Shown piece after piece: positions 40,640-50,633 of a DNA stretch of 64,000 nt. The translations under genes and the position numbers were made by a program. The stretch covers positions 32,001 to 96,000 of the forward strand of contig JBHHTW010000002.1 in the NCBI GenBank assembly GCA_046861385.1, given 5' to 3'. This DNA comes from Fidelibacterota bacterium (GTDB taxonomy: Bacteria > Fidelibacterota > Marinisomatia > Marinisomatales > TCS55). The notes below the pieces were generated by a model, which was not told where the DNA came from, searched no databases, and worked only from the letters and a program-made list of their open reading frames with translations. Position 1 is the stretch's first letter. Every line of letters starts with the position of its first letter.

Positions 40640-40905
40640 TTAGTTCTATTATTGTTTTTTTTATTTTCATTTTGGTTGCTATATATATCACACAACCACT
40701 TTTGTTTAAGAATGATATCACCATAAAAGACACCGGCAACACAAAAGAATCTTTTTTACAAAGAAAAAAGATTTTATATAGACAAATTAAAGAACTTGAT
40801 ATGGATTATCAGCTTGGCAATTTGCAGGAAGGGGATTATATAACTTCTCGGAATGATTTAAAAAAAGAAGTGTCAGAGATTTTGTCAGTATTAAATAAAA
40901 AATGA
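40636..40905 (+). CDS. Small membrane-anchored protein resembling the CcmI N-terminal region
   Basis: TM helix then LYRQIKELDMDYQLGNL; ATGA overlap with ccmF and GGAGA SD. Confidence 0.6.
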   Translation: MISSIIVFFIFILVAIYITQPLLFKNDITIKDTGNTKESFLQRKKILYRQIKELDMDYQLGNLQEGDYITSRNDLKKEVSEILSVLNKK

Positions 40906-40917
40906 TAAATTAATATT

Positions 40918-41604
40918 TTGCTTACTGTTTCAAATATTCAAAAGTCCTTCAATTATAAAACAGTACTAAATGATATTAGCTTTTCATTTTCTAATGGGGA
41001 CACGGTTGCCCTATTGGGAAAAAACGGAGTAGGTAAATCCACATTATTAAGAATAATTGCCAAAATAAATGCGCCCGATAAAGGTAAAGTGAATTTTCTG
41101 AATAATAATATCCTTAAGCGCAAATCATCTACTCGAAAAGGTATCTATTATTGCGGTCACGCTCCTGGTTTATACCCTTCTTTAACTGCCGAAGAAAATA
41201 TACATTATTTTTCCTTGTTTTATCAAACGGCACCTTCATCAAGTCTCATCAGGAAAACCTTAGTAGATTATGAATTATTGAATGCGATCCACAAACCGGT
41301 TAAATTTTATTCGCAAGGGATGATACAGCGGTTAAAATTGGCGTTTGTTGAAATGATTCATTGGAAACTGCTTCTGATTGATGAACCGTTTACGGGTCTG
41401 GATATTTCTGGGAGCGATTTCGTGCAGGAAAAATTTATTACATGGCAAGACGGTGAGCGCGTAATTATATTTGTGGACCATAACCTTGATCGAGCGCTGG
41501 GTAATAGTTCCCGGGTTTTATTAATAGATAAAGGTAAAATTGCCGTCGATGAAGCATCTAACACAAACGGTTTAATGGATAAAATATCCAGTTTGATGCG
41601 TTAA
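40918..41604 (+). CDS. ccmA: Heme ABC exporter ATPase CcmA
   Basis: Walker A GKNGVGKS, YSQGM signature, LIDEPFTGLD; ccm context. Confidence 0.88.
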   Translation: MLTVSNIQKSFNYKTVLNDISFSFSNGDTVALLGKNGVGKSTLLRIIAKINAPDKGKVNFLNNNILKRKSSTRKGIYYCGHAPGLYPSLTAEENIHYFSLFYQTAPSSSLIRKTLVDYELLNAIHKPVKFYSQGMIQRLKLAFVEMIHWKLLLIDEPFTGLDISGSDFVQEKFITWQDGERVIIFVDHNLDRALGNSSRVLLIDKGKIAVDEASNTNGLMDKISSLMR

Positions 41605-41605
41605 T

Positions 41606-42268
41606 ATGCTAAGGGTATTAATCAAAAAGGAGTTATTTGTTGAGTTGCGCAATAAGGAAGTCGTCTTTTCGATGTTGGCATTTGGCTCTTCAGTATTACT
41701 CATTTTCTCTTTCTCCCTGAGCGGAAACCCCAAATTAACGCATGAAATCGCTCCGGGATTATTTTGGACGTTAATACTTTTAAGTTCTTCATTGGGACTG
41801 CACAGAATGTTTGGTATAGAGAAGGATTTTGATGCGTTTTCAAGCTTAATTGCCAGTCCAATCGATCGAAGTATCATTTTTATGTCAAAATGGATCAGCG
41901 GGTTTATTTACTTATCACTCACTGAATTACTCATTATTGTTCCATTCTTCCTTTTTTTAGGATTATCAAAACCAATGACAGTATTACCAGGATTAGGAAT
42001 TGTATTATGCGGTAATTTGGGCATTACGGCTGTTGGCGTTCTTATATCCGGTATAGCAATGCGGGCTCGGATGAGTGCGGTGTTATTACCCGTATTATTA
42101 TTTCCATTATTAACACCTTTGTTAATTGCATGTGTTAAATCTACTGTGGGCTGGTTTCAAGGAAAGCCTTTTGAATTTTTTCAAATTTGGGTAATGATTA
42201 TGATTACGTATGTTGTAATTTTCGGCCTCGCAGGATATACCTTATTTGATCAAATCACAGAAGAATAA
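41606..42268 (+). CDS. ccmB: Heme exporter permease CcmB
   Basis: KKELFVELR, APGLFW, LLPVLLFPL; between ccmA and ccmC. Confidence 0.88.
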   Translation: MLRVLIKKELFVELRNKEVVFSMLAFGSSVLLIFSFSLSGNPKLTHEIAPGLFWTLILLSSSLGLHRMFGIEKDFDAFSSLIASPIDRSIIFMSKWISGFIYLSLTELLIIVPFFLFLGLSKPMTVLPGLGIVLCGNLGITAVGVLISGIAMRARMSAVLLPVLLFPLLTPLLIACVKSTVGWFQGKPFEFFQIWVMIMITYVVIFGLAGYTLFDQITEE

Positions 42269-42945
42269 TGTCAAGTTTACTTTCAGATAGAATATCAAAA
42301 ATACTTTTTATTGTCATAGCAGTATGCATGGCAATTAATCTATATGTAATATTTGCGATAACACCCATGGTTCCAGAACAACACTGGGCTCAAAAAATAT
42401 TTTATGTCCATGTTCCTATTGCCTGGTCGGGCTTCTTGTCATATTTTATTGTTATGGTTACTGGAATCTTGTTTTTGATAAAAAAAGACAGTAAATGGGA
42501 CAGAATTGGATTGGCGGCGGCAGAACTTGGAACAATGTTCGTTGTGCTGGTATTAATTACCGGTCCAATCTGGGCGACACCCATTTGGGGAAAACCTTGG
42601 ATATGGGAACCTCGACTGACAACAACCTTAATTTTATTTTTAATTTATATCGGATATTTTATGTTTCGGAAATTTGGTGGACATCCTGAACGTGTAGCTC
42701 GCATTGCTGCCGTAATAGGAATTATTGCATTTCTTGATGTACCACTCATATTTTATTCCGTAAAATTTTGGACGCCCCAGTTTCAACTTCATCCACAGGT
42801 GGAAATGAATCAGCAGCCTGGAGGTATATTACTTCCATTTCTGTTTTCAATGATGGTTTTTACATCTTTATTAATATTAATGATTCGAATAAGATTTCAA
42901 ATTCTTACTTTAAGGCAAAAATTATTAACTGAAGAGAATGTATAA
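42268..42945 (+). CDS. ccmC: Heme exporter CcmC
   Basis: IFYVHVP, WGKPWIWEPRLT (WWD-type domain), C-terminal LHP. Confidence 0.9.
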   Translation: MSSLLSDRISKILFIVIAVCMAINLYVIFAITPMVPEQHWAQKIFYVHVPIAWSGFLSYFIVMVTGILFLIKKDSKWDRIGLAAAELGTMFVVLVLITGPIWATPIWGKPWIWEPRLTTTLILFLIYIGYFMFRKFGGHPERVARIAAVIGIIAFLDVPLIFYSVKFWTPQFQLHPQVEMNQQPGGILLPFLFSMMVFTSLLILMIRIRFQILTLRQKLLTEENV

Positions 42946-43051
42946 CTTTTTCTATTATTGTATTTCTGCTTATTTAATCGTTTTTGTCGCATTAATTATT
43001 TGGTTTTTAAAGCAGTATAAAATCTTGAAGGATTTACAAAAGAAAACGTAA
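42938..43051 (+). CDS. ccmD: Probable CcmD, 37 aa, absent from the ORF track
   Basis: MYNFFYYCISAYLIVFVALIIWFLKQYKILKDLQKKT: AY plus TM helix plus basic tail; overlaps the end of ccmC. Confidence 0.6.
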   Translation: MYNFFYYCISAYLIVFVALIIWFLKQYKILKDLQKKT

Positions 43052-43076
43052 TTCACGCTTCTAAAAAGAGGGAAAT

Positions 43077-44144
43077 ATGAATAGAAAAATTGTTCATGTT
43101 ATTGGAACAGGAACGATCGGTGAACCACTTATCGGTTTATTAACGGATTATAAAACACAGTTAGGTATTGATGAAATTACCTTTCATAAAAATACACCAT
43201 TGATGAGCGATAGTTCAAAAGTGTATGATTTACAGAAACGTGGAGCGAGGTTAGCTGTAAATGAGGATCGATTCCAGGATTTTAAGGATTTGGATATGGA
43301 TCCTGATTTTGAAACTGAAGATGCAATTAAGCGCTCTTTCGTTGTAATAGATTGTACACCAAAGGGAATCGGCCACAAGAACAAAGAACAGTATTATCAT
43401 AAATTTTCATCAGATGTAAAAGGCTTTTTAGCGCAAGGGAGTGAAGATGGCTTCGGGAAAAAATATGCAAGAGGAATTAATGATCAATTCTTAAATGAAG
43501 ATGATCAATTCATTCAAATTGTCTCGTGTAACACCCATAATTTGGCATGTATAACAAATACACTTGCGTTGAATAATTCCAGAGCTGATAATTTAATTGA
43601 AGGGAAATTTGTATGTATTCGAAGGGCAAACGATATTAGCCAACCAGGCGGATTTATCCCATCACCACAAGTGGGTGGGCATAGTTCTGAAGAATACGGT
43701 TCGCATCATGCTGAGGATGCCGCCGGGTTATTCAAGACAATGAATTTTGATTTAAACTTATTTTCGTCCGCTATGAAAACCAACAGCCAATACATGCATA
43801 TTGTTTGGTTTAATTTGAAAGTAAAAGAAGCGATAACAATGCAAAATGTAATGGACCGTTTAGAAGAAAATTCCTTAGTGGCAGTAACAACAAAAGACAT
43901 GACCAGTACGGTCTTCTCATTCGGACGCGACCATGGGCATTACGGACGAATCTTAAATCAAACGGTGGTGGTGGAACAAACACTTAATGTTCGGAATGAG
44001 CATGAGATATCCGGGTTTTGTTTTACACCTCAAGACGGAAATTCTATTTTAAGCAGTATCTCCGCAGCGGAACGATTTCTTTATCCCCATGCTTATGAGG
44101 ACAAAATTCAGTGCTTATCAGAGCTCGTTTTTGACCGCATTTGA
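43077..44144 (+). CDS. Class II (archaeal-type) GAPDH-like dehydrogenase
   Basis: GTGTIG Rossmann motif, IDCTPKGIG, QG(S)E, IVSCNTH, IRRAND, SHHAED. Confidence 0.7.
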   Translation: MNRKIVHVIGTGTIGEPLIGLLTDYKTQLGIDEITFHKNTPLMSDSSKVYDLQKRGARLAVNEDRFQDFKDLDMDPDFETEDAIKRSFVVIDCTPKGIGHKNKEQYYHKFSSDVKGFLAQGSEDGFGKKYARGINDQFLNEDDQFIQIVSCNTHNLACITNTLALNNSRADNLIEGKFVCIRRANDISQPGGFIPSPQVGGHSSEEYGSHHAEDAAGLFKTMNFDLNLFSSAMKTNSQYMHIVWFNLKVKEAITMQNVMDRLEENSLVAVTTKDMTSTVFSFGRDHGHYGRILNQTVVVEQTLNVRNEHEISGFCFTPQDGNSILSSISAAERFLYPHAYEDKIQCLSELVFDRI

Positions 44145-44773
44145 ATATTAACGTTCATGTAATCGTCACAGGACCCTTTCAGGAAAATACATTTATTATT
44201 TCTGATTCAATTACGGGTGATACTGTGTTTATTGATCCGGGTGATAATTCTGATAGTTTGATATCTGAGATTGACAAAAACAATCTTCATCCCCTCGCTA
44301 TCATTAATACACATGCACACATTGATCACATCGGTGCTGTCTCCTCGTTACAAACAAAATGGAATATTCCATTCTATCTCCATAAAAAGGAGCAAATGGT
44401 TTTGGACACCTTTGAGCAAACCTGTCGATTATTTGGACTCCCTACGAGTGATAAACCATGTGTAGATTACTGGATCGATTCAGAAGATGATTTGGAAATT
44501 GGTGCATTGCATTTTAAGGTAATGTTTACGCCAGGTCATACACCTGGAGGCATCACATTGATAACCGGAGGACATGTGTTTTCCGGAGATACACTTTTTA
44601 ATGGATCAGTCGGGAGAACCGATCTTCCGGGCGGAGATTGGAATACTTTAGAATCATCTTTGAAAAAAATGGTTAAACAAATTGATCCCAATATGATTAT
44701 TCATACTGGACATGGATCTGACACAACAATGGGGAGAGAGCAATTAGAAAACCCATTTTTAATTCGTTTATAA
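44141..44773 (+). CDS. Metallo-beta-lactamase fold hydrolase (glyoxalase II family)
   Basis: THAHIDHIG, TPGHTPG, GDTLF, GRTDLPGG, GHG. Confidence 0.9.
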   Translation: MNINVHVIVTGPFQENTFIISDSITGDTVFIDPGDNSDSLISEIDKNNLHPLAIINTHAHIDHIGAVSSLQTKWNIPFYLHKKEQMVLDTFEQTCRLFGLPTSDKPCVDYWIDSEDDLEIGALHFKVMFTPGHTPGGITLITGGHVFSGDTLFNGSVGRTDLPGGDWNTLESSLKKMVKQIDPNMIIHTGHGSDTTMGREQLENPFLIRL

Positions 44774-44793
44774 AACGGTCTAAATTATAAGCT

Positions 44794-45741
44794 ATGAAAG
44801 TTACGAAAATTATTAAAGAAGCAGACAAACCCCTATTCAGTTATGAAATAATGCCACCCCTGCGCGGAGGAAGTGCAGAGAAAATTTTTCAACTGGTTGA
44901 AGACCTTATGCCATATAATCCACCTTTTATAGATTTGACCAGTCGGTCTGCAGAAATTGAATATTTTGATACACCAAATGGAAAGTTCGAGCGTCATGTT
45001 CGAAGAAAACGCCCTGGAACAATTGGTTTAAGCGCCGCTATTAAAAACCGTTTTAACGTCGAAACTGTTCCTCACCTCCTTTGTAATGGCTTTACGCGTG
45101 AGGAAACGGAAGATGCTTTGATTGAATTGAATTATTTAAATATTTTGAATGTACTTGCTGTGAGAGGTGATGATTTAAGACGGAATGTCGATACTCGACA
45201 TAAAACCATTAACGTTTATGCAAATGATTTGGTCAATCAAATTGTTGAGTTGAATGCAGGACATTATTTGGACGAATTACTGGATGCGAGTGCTACAGAT
45301 TTTTGCATTGGGGTGGGAGGCTATCCTGAGAAACATTTTGAAGCAATAAGTTTTGACACAGATTTAAAATATCTCAAACAAAAAGTGGATGCTGGAGCCG
45401 ATTATATTGTGACTCAAATGTTTTTTGATAATAAAAACTTTTTTAAGTTTGTTGAAAGAGCAAGAGCAGCGGGGATCAAAATTCCAATTATTCCCGGTTT
45501 AAAAATATTAACATTAAAACGGCATTTAGAACATATTCCGAAAAATTTTTACGTTAAGATTCCTGATAGCCTTGCTCAGCAGGTTGAGGATGCAAAAACA
45601 GATAGTGAGGTGAAAAATATCGGTTTGAAATGGGCTATTGACCAAACAAAAGAATTATACAATGCTGAGGTTCCGTGCATTCATTTTTATATTATGCAAT
45701 CTGCGACTCAAGTGGTTAATGTTGTGAAAGAATTCGTATGA
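44794..45741 (+). CDS. metF: Methylenetetrahydrofolate reductase
   Basis: FSYEIMPP, VPHLLC, VRGD, GYPEKH, KVDAGADYIVTQMFFD, HFY. Confidence 0.92.
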   Translation: MKVTKIIKEADKPLFSYEIMPPLRGGSAEKIFQLVEDLMPYNPPFIDLTSRSAEIEYFDTPNGKFERHVRRKRPGTIGLSAAIKNRFNVETVPHLLCNGFTREETEDALIELNYLNILNVLAVRGDDLRRNVDTRHKTINVYANDLVNQIVELNAGHYLDELLDASATDFCIGVGGYPEKHFEAISFDTDLKYLKQKVDAGADYIVTQMFFDNKNFFKFVERARAAGIKIPIIPGLKILTLKRHLEHIPKNFYVKIPDSLAQQVEDAKTDSEVKNIGLKWAIDQTKELYNAEVPCIHFYIMQSATQVVNVVKEFV

Positions 45742-47090
45742 CACTTTTGTTGAAATTCCGAAATCATGTTTCCGAAAGAAAGTTGATCTCATTCAATGAT
45801 CATATCCTGATGGGTGTCTCAGGTGGTGCAGATTCAATGGTGCTTTGCCATTTAATGAGTCAATTACAGGATGAATATCAATTGAAATTATCTGTGATCC
45901 ACGTTCAACATCACTTAAGAAAAGATGCTGAAGCGGATGCGCAATTTGTGAAGTCTTTTTGTGAAATGAATCGTATCTCTTTTTATAGGGAAGATATTGA
46001 TCCCTCTTCTAAACGAAAAAATCAAAGTACGGAAGCATGGGCTCGTAAAAATCGATATTTACTTTTTAATAAATGTAAAAATGCAATAGAAGCAGATAAA
46101 ATTGTCACAGCACATCATGGTGATGATCAAATTGAAACCATTCTTCTCCATATTGCCGATGGATCAGGAATGAACGGAGTCCTGGGGATCCGTGAAGAAA
46201 TGAAATATATTATTCGGCCGCTGTTACCATTTTCACGACAGGAAATCAAGGCTTATGCTGGGGAAAATAATTTACATTTCGTCGAAGATAGCACCAATAA
46301 TGATTTGTCTCATCCTCGGAATTATTTGAGGAAAAATATCATACCAAATTGGAAACAACAAACTCCCGGTTTGGTTTCTTCAGTGCGAACTCTGACAGAA
46401 AATGTTAGGGAATCAAAAGAGGTTATGGATTTTCTAATTCAAAAATCTATCAGTGATTATGTTGAATTTGTGAGCAAAGATAGAATGATTATTGCTTCGA
46501 TTGATGATGGAGAAGAACCTGCTTCTTTTCGTAGTTATCTTATTAAGTCCCTTATCGCCAGAAATGAGTTATGGCGCCGGCATGATTGGATGAACTTGAA
46601 GGAGTTTATTCAACGCTCATGTACCGGAACAGTTTTATCTATTAATCATTATGCGTTGTTAAAAGATCGTGGTCGGATTATTATTCAAAAAGAGATGCGG
46701 CGAGATGAGAAGGTATATACTGTTCATGCCGGAGATGATTTTTCTACGAATCATTTTAGATTTTCATGGACACCAACGGAGTCAGTTGATATTGAAAGAG
46801 CAAATCATGAATATGAAACAGTGGATGCGGAAAAACTCTGTCAAAATGTACACCTCCGAATTTGGGAAAGCAGAGATAGATTTCAGCCTCTCGGGATGGA
46901 GGGACACAAGAAAATGAGTGATTTTCTTGTCGATTGTAAAATGGATCGGTTTCAGAAAAATGATCAATATGTTTTGGCAAACGATAGTGAAATTCTTTGG
47001 GTGTGCGGTCAGAGGATCAGTGAACGTATTAAAATAACTGAACACACAACTCAAATGGCGGAACTTTCATTTCATACCGTTGTAGCTTAA
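45738..47090 (+). CDS. tilS: tRNA(Ile)-lysidine synthetase
   Basis: SGGADS, AHHGDDQIET, IRPLL, EDSTN, RNYLR; upstream of hpt-ftsH. Confidence 0.93.
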   Translation: MTLLLKFRNHVSERKLISFNDHILMGVSGGADSMVLCHLMSQLQDEYQLKLSVIHVQHHLRKDAEADAQFVKSFCEMNRISFYREDIDPSSKRKNQSTEAWARKNRYLLFNKCKNAIEADKIVTAHHGDDQIETILLHIADGSGMNGVLGIREEMKYIIRPLLPFSRQEIKAYAGENNLHFVEDSTNNDLSHPRNYLRKNIIPNWKQQTPGLVSSVRTLTENVRESKEVMDFLIQKSISDYVEFVSKDRMIIASIDDGEEPASFRSYLIKSLIARNELWRRHDWMNLKEFIQRSCTGTVLSINHYALLKDRGRIIIQKEMRRDEKVYTVHAGDDFSTNHFRFSWTPTESVDIERANHEYETVDAEKLCQNVHLRIWESRDRFQPLGMEGHKKMSDFLVDCKMDRFQKNDQYVLANDSEILWVCGQRISERIKITEHTTQMAELSFHTVVA

Positions 47091-47092
47091 CC

Positions 47093-47623
47093 ATGAAATT
47101 TCACAATTATAACTTAACTCCCGTAGTTGAGAAAGAGACGATTCAAAAACGCATTTCAGAAATCGCAGCGGAAATTTCAGAGAAATTTAAAAATGAAGTC
47201 CCCATTCTTATTGGCATATTAAACGGGAGTTTTATTTTTATGGCCGATCTTATTCGTTCCCTGGATATTGACTGTGAAATGGATTTCATTAAACTGGCCA
47301 GTTATCATGGTGATAAATCGACAGGTACCGTTAGACTTCTAAAAGATATATCTGCGGACATTACCGGAAGGCATGTCATCATCGTTGAGGATATTATTGA
47401 TTCGGGCTTAACCATAAAATTCATTAAAGATCGAATGAGAGAAGCTGGTCCAAAATCTCTGACTATAGTCACATTATTATTAAAACCTGAAGTGGCCGAT
47501 CTTGATTTTCCTATTGAAATAGTAGGATTTGAAATTGCACCGGATTTTGTTGTAGGATACGGGTTGGATTATGACCAGAAACTGCGCCATTTGCCGGCTA
47601 TTTATCGATTAGAAAAGGAATAA
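47093..47623 (+). CDS. hpt: Hypoxanthine phosphoribosyltransferase
   Basis: GILNGSFIFMADL, VEDIIDSGLT, FVVGYGLD. Confidence 0.95.
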   Translation: MKFHNYNLTPVVEKETIQKRISEIAAEISEKFKNEVPILIGILNGSFIFMADLIRSLDIDCEMDFIKLASYHGDKSTGTVRLLKDISADITGRHVIIVEDIIDSGLTIKFIKDRMREAGPKSLTIVTLLLKPEVADLDFPIEIVGFEIAPDFVVGYGLDYDQKLRHLPAIYRLEKE

Positions 47624-47624
47624 G

Positions 47625-49712
47625 ATGTCATTGGAAAAAAATAAGTTGAATTTGAAGGAGAAGAAAAACCAAAATCCAGCGAAACGCAAAAAGCCTGATC
47701 AGGGACAGACAAGAGATAAAAAAAACGAATTTGAATGGAAACGTGCAGGAAAAACGTCAATGATTTGGCTGTTAATTTTGATGGCTGCCATATTTTTATC
47801 TGGAATCCTTACCTCGGGCGAACAGTCAGTCGAAATCCAATATTTTCAATATCAGAAATTCCTAAAGGAACGTTTGATTTCCAACGCTGATATTATTGAT
47901 AAAGTATTTTATGGAGAATTTTCTACTCCTCAGACTATTGAAACAAAAATGGGTACGGTTGAAAATGTCCAAAAGTTTTATGTTATTATTCCATTTATAG
48001 ACAAAGATGTCATGACAGAATGGGACGCATTCGGCGTCAATTATAATTTTAAAGCCAAATCAGTTGATTGGACAGGTTATTTTTTAAATATGCTCCCATG
48101 GATTTTACTCATCGGGATATGGATATTCTTTATTCGCCGAATGCAAGGTGGTGGCGGAGGTATGAAAAGTATTTTCAATTTTGGAAAAAGCAGAGCCAAA
48201 ATTGGGACTTCTGATATGACAAAAGTCACTTTTGACGACGTAGCCGGATGCATAGAAGCAAAAGAAGAATTGAAGGAAGTAATCGAATTTCTAAAAAAAC
48301 CAAAACGGTTTCAAAAATTAGGAGCGAAAATACCGAAAGGGGCATTATTGGTAGGACCACCGGGAACAGGGAAAACACTCCTGGCAAGAGCGGTTGCAGG
48401 TGAAGCGGATGTACCATTTTATAATTTAAGCGGTGCTGATTTCGTTGAAATGTTTGTAGGTGTGGGCGCTTCCCGCGTTCGGGATCTTTTTGATCAAGGA
48501 AAGAAAAATTCACCTTGCATTGTTTTTATAGATGAATTGGATGCTGTGGGACGCCAACGGGGTGCCGGTCTTGGTGGTGGTCATGATGAACGTGAACAAA
48601 CCTTAAATCAGCTCTTGGTTGAAATGGACGGGTTTAATTCCGATCAAATGGTTATTGTGCTGGCTGCAACAAACAGGCCCGATGTATTAGATCCTGCATT
48701 GTTAAGACCGGGAAGATTTGATCGTCAAATTGTCGTAGATGCTCCGGATTTAAAAGGTCGCTTGGGTATACTAAAGGTGCATATCAAAAAAATTGTAATT
48801 AATAAACGTAAAGTGAATTTGGAAACCCTAGCCCGTGGGACTCCTGGACTTGTGGGTGCGGATTTAGCCAATTTAGTGAACGAAGCTGCGCTGTTAGCCG
48901 CAAGAAAGAGAAAACAGTCCGTGGATATGGATGATTTTGAAGATGCAAAAGATAAAGTGCTAATGGGGATACAGCGGAAAAGTATGATCCTTTCCGACGA
49001 AGAAAAGAAAGTAACAGCGTACCATGAATCGGGACATACATTAGTGGCAACTCTGATCCCCGGGGCAGACCCCATGCATAAAGTAACTATTATTCCCCGT
49101 GGGCGGGCACTCGGTGTTACTGCTCAAATACCTATAGATGAGAAACATAACTATTCTCGGGATTATATTGAAGGTCGTTTGGCCATTTTACTCGGAGGCA
49201 GGGCTGCTGAACAACTCATTTTCGACGAATTGACAACCGGCGCCGGGGATGACATTGAAAAAGCCACTGCCATTGCCAGGAAGATGGTTTGTGAATGGGG
49301 TATGAGTGATGCACTTGGACCTATGACATTTGGTAAGAAGAATGAAGAAGTATTTCTTGGAAGAGAGATTCAAACCCACCGCGATTTTAGTGAAGCAACC
49401 GCCAGGATGATTGATGAAGAAGTGGTTCGAATTATTCGAAAGGCTCAACAAACAGCAGCAAGTTTATTGAAGAATAATTTGATCATTCTTGATACCATGG
49501 CTGAAGGTCTTCTGAAGTATGAAACACTGGATAGTAAAGACATCAGTAGAATTTTAGAAGGAAAAAAACTGATCCGTTCCAAGAATGGTAAACCACGCCG
49601 AAAACGGTCAAAACGACGAAAAATCAACCATCCAAAAAAATCAACCTCACCCAAAAGTCCAACAAAGGCAATAGATTCTCCTGCTTCTCAAAAGAGAATC
49701 CATAAACCATAA
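47625..49712 (+). CDS. ftsH: ATP-dependent zinc metalloprotease FtsH
   Basis: Two TM helices, [28 protein letters not shown]. Confidence 0.97.
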   Translation: MSLEKNKLNLKEKKNQNPAKRKKPDQGQTRDKKNEFEWKRAGKTSMIWLLILMAAIFLSGILTSGEQSVEIQYFQYQKFLKERLISNADIIDKVFYGEFSTPQTIETKMGTVENVQKFYVIIPFIDKDVMTEWDAFGVNYNFKAKSVDWTGYFLNMLPWILLIGIWIFFIRRMQGGGGGMKSIFNFGKSRAKIGTSDMTKVTFDDVAGCIEAKEELKEVIEFLKKPKRFQKLGAKIPKGALLVGPPGTGKTLLARAVAGEADVPFYNLSGADFVEMFVGVGASRVRDLFDQGKKNSPCIVFIDELDAVGRQRGAGLGGGHDEREQTLNQLLVEMDGFNSDQMVIVLAATNRPDVLDPALLRPGRFDRQIVVDAPDLKGRLGILKVHIKKIVINKRKVNLETLARGTPGLVGADLANLVNEAALLAARKRKQSVDMDDFEDAKDKVLMGIQRKSMILSDEEKKVTAYHESGHTLVATLIPGADPMHKVTIIPRGRALGVTAQIPIDEKHNYSRDYIEGRLAILLGGRAAEQLIFDELTTGAGDDIEKATAIARKMVCEWGMSDALGPMTFGKKNEEVFLGREIQTHRDFSEATARMIDEEVVRIIRKAQQTAASLLKNNLIILDTMAEGLLKYETLDSKDISRILEGKKLIRSKNGKPRRKRSKRRKINHPKKSTSPKSPTKAIDSPASQKRIHKP

Positions 49713-49793
49713 TGTGCTAAAAAAGCTCTCGCAAAAGACTCAATCTATCCAACATATCAAGTCTCCTCGGATGGCAGGAGATGAAATAAACTA

Positions 49794-50633
49794 ATGGCTC
49801 TTCCGTCTAATTGGAAGAAATTGCATATTCAAAATTCTCCTACATTTATTATGGGTATATTAAATGTTACACCAGACTCCTTTAGTGACGGCGGGCGATA
49901 TTTTAATTTGGAGTCAGCTGTTGAGCACACATTAAAAATGGTGGCTGATGGAGCTGATATTATTGATATTGGTGGAGAATCCACTCGGCCGGGAGCCGAT
50001 CCGGTATCACTGGAGGAGGAACTCAATAGGGTCGTTCCAGTGATAGAATCCATTCGATCACATTCCGACATTTGTATTTCAATAGATTCATATAAGGCAA
50101 CGGTCGCTGACAGAGCGGTTGCAGCGGGTGCCGATATCATTAATGATATCAGCGGGTTACAGTTTGATCATCGTATGATAGAGATTGCATGTGAATCTGA
50201 TGTTCCCGTAGTTATTATGCACATGAAGGGGAATCCACGGAATATGCAAAAGAATCCATTTTATAAGGACTTAATGCAAGAAATGGTTGCATTTTTTCAG
50301 GAACGTGTGAAGTTTTGTAGACGAAATGGGATAAAAAATGAAAATATCATACTCGACCCGGGAATTGGCTTTGGAAAAAGAGTTCAGGATAATTACGAAT
50401 TGTTAAGAGAACTTCACCAATTAAAAAACCTTGGATTCCCAATATTAACGGGACCTTCCCGAAAATCATTTATTGGAACAACATTAAGTTCATCAGTCGA
50501 AAATCGGTTTGAAGGGACCGTGGCCGCTGTAACTGCATCCATATTAAACGGAGCAAAAATAGTACGCGTACACGATGTAAAAGAAATGAAACAAGCCGTA
50601 GTAATTGCAGATGAAATTCGAGGGATTGCATAA
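49794..50633 (+). CDS. folP: Dihydropteroate synthase
   Basis: MGILNVTPDSFSDGG, GGESTRPG, DPGIGFGK, SRKSF, RVHDV. Confidence 0.96.
   Translation: MALPSNWKKLHIQNSPTFIMGILNVTPDSFSDGGRYFNLESAVEHTLKMVADGADIIDIGGESTRPGADPVSLEEELNRVVPVIESIRSHSDICISIDSYKATVADRAVAAGADIINDISGLQFDHRMIEIACESDVPVVIMHMKGNPRNMQKNPFYKDLMQEMVAFFQERVKFCRRNGIKNENIILDPGIGFGKRVQDNYELLRELHQLKNLGFPILTGPSRKSFIGTTLSSSVENRFEGTVAAVTASILNGAKIVRVHDVKEMKQAVVIADEIRGIA

Noticed and set aside
38654-40641. CcmE and CcmF both end in ESI with similar TCTATATGATT junctions
   Set aside because: Short match explained by SD plus ATGA overlap constraints; no longer homology.
49714-49794. 26-aa GTG ORF and a TCTCCT/AGGAGA hairpin between ftsH and folP
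   Set aside because: No recognisable peptide features and only a 6-bp stem; insufficient support for a leader peptide or riboswitch.
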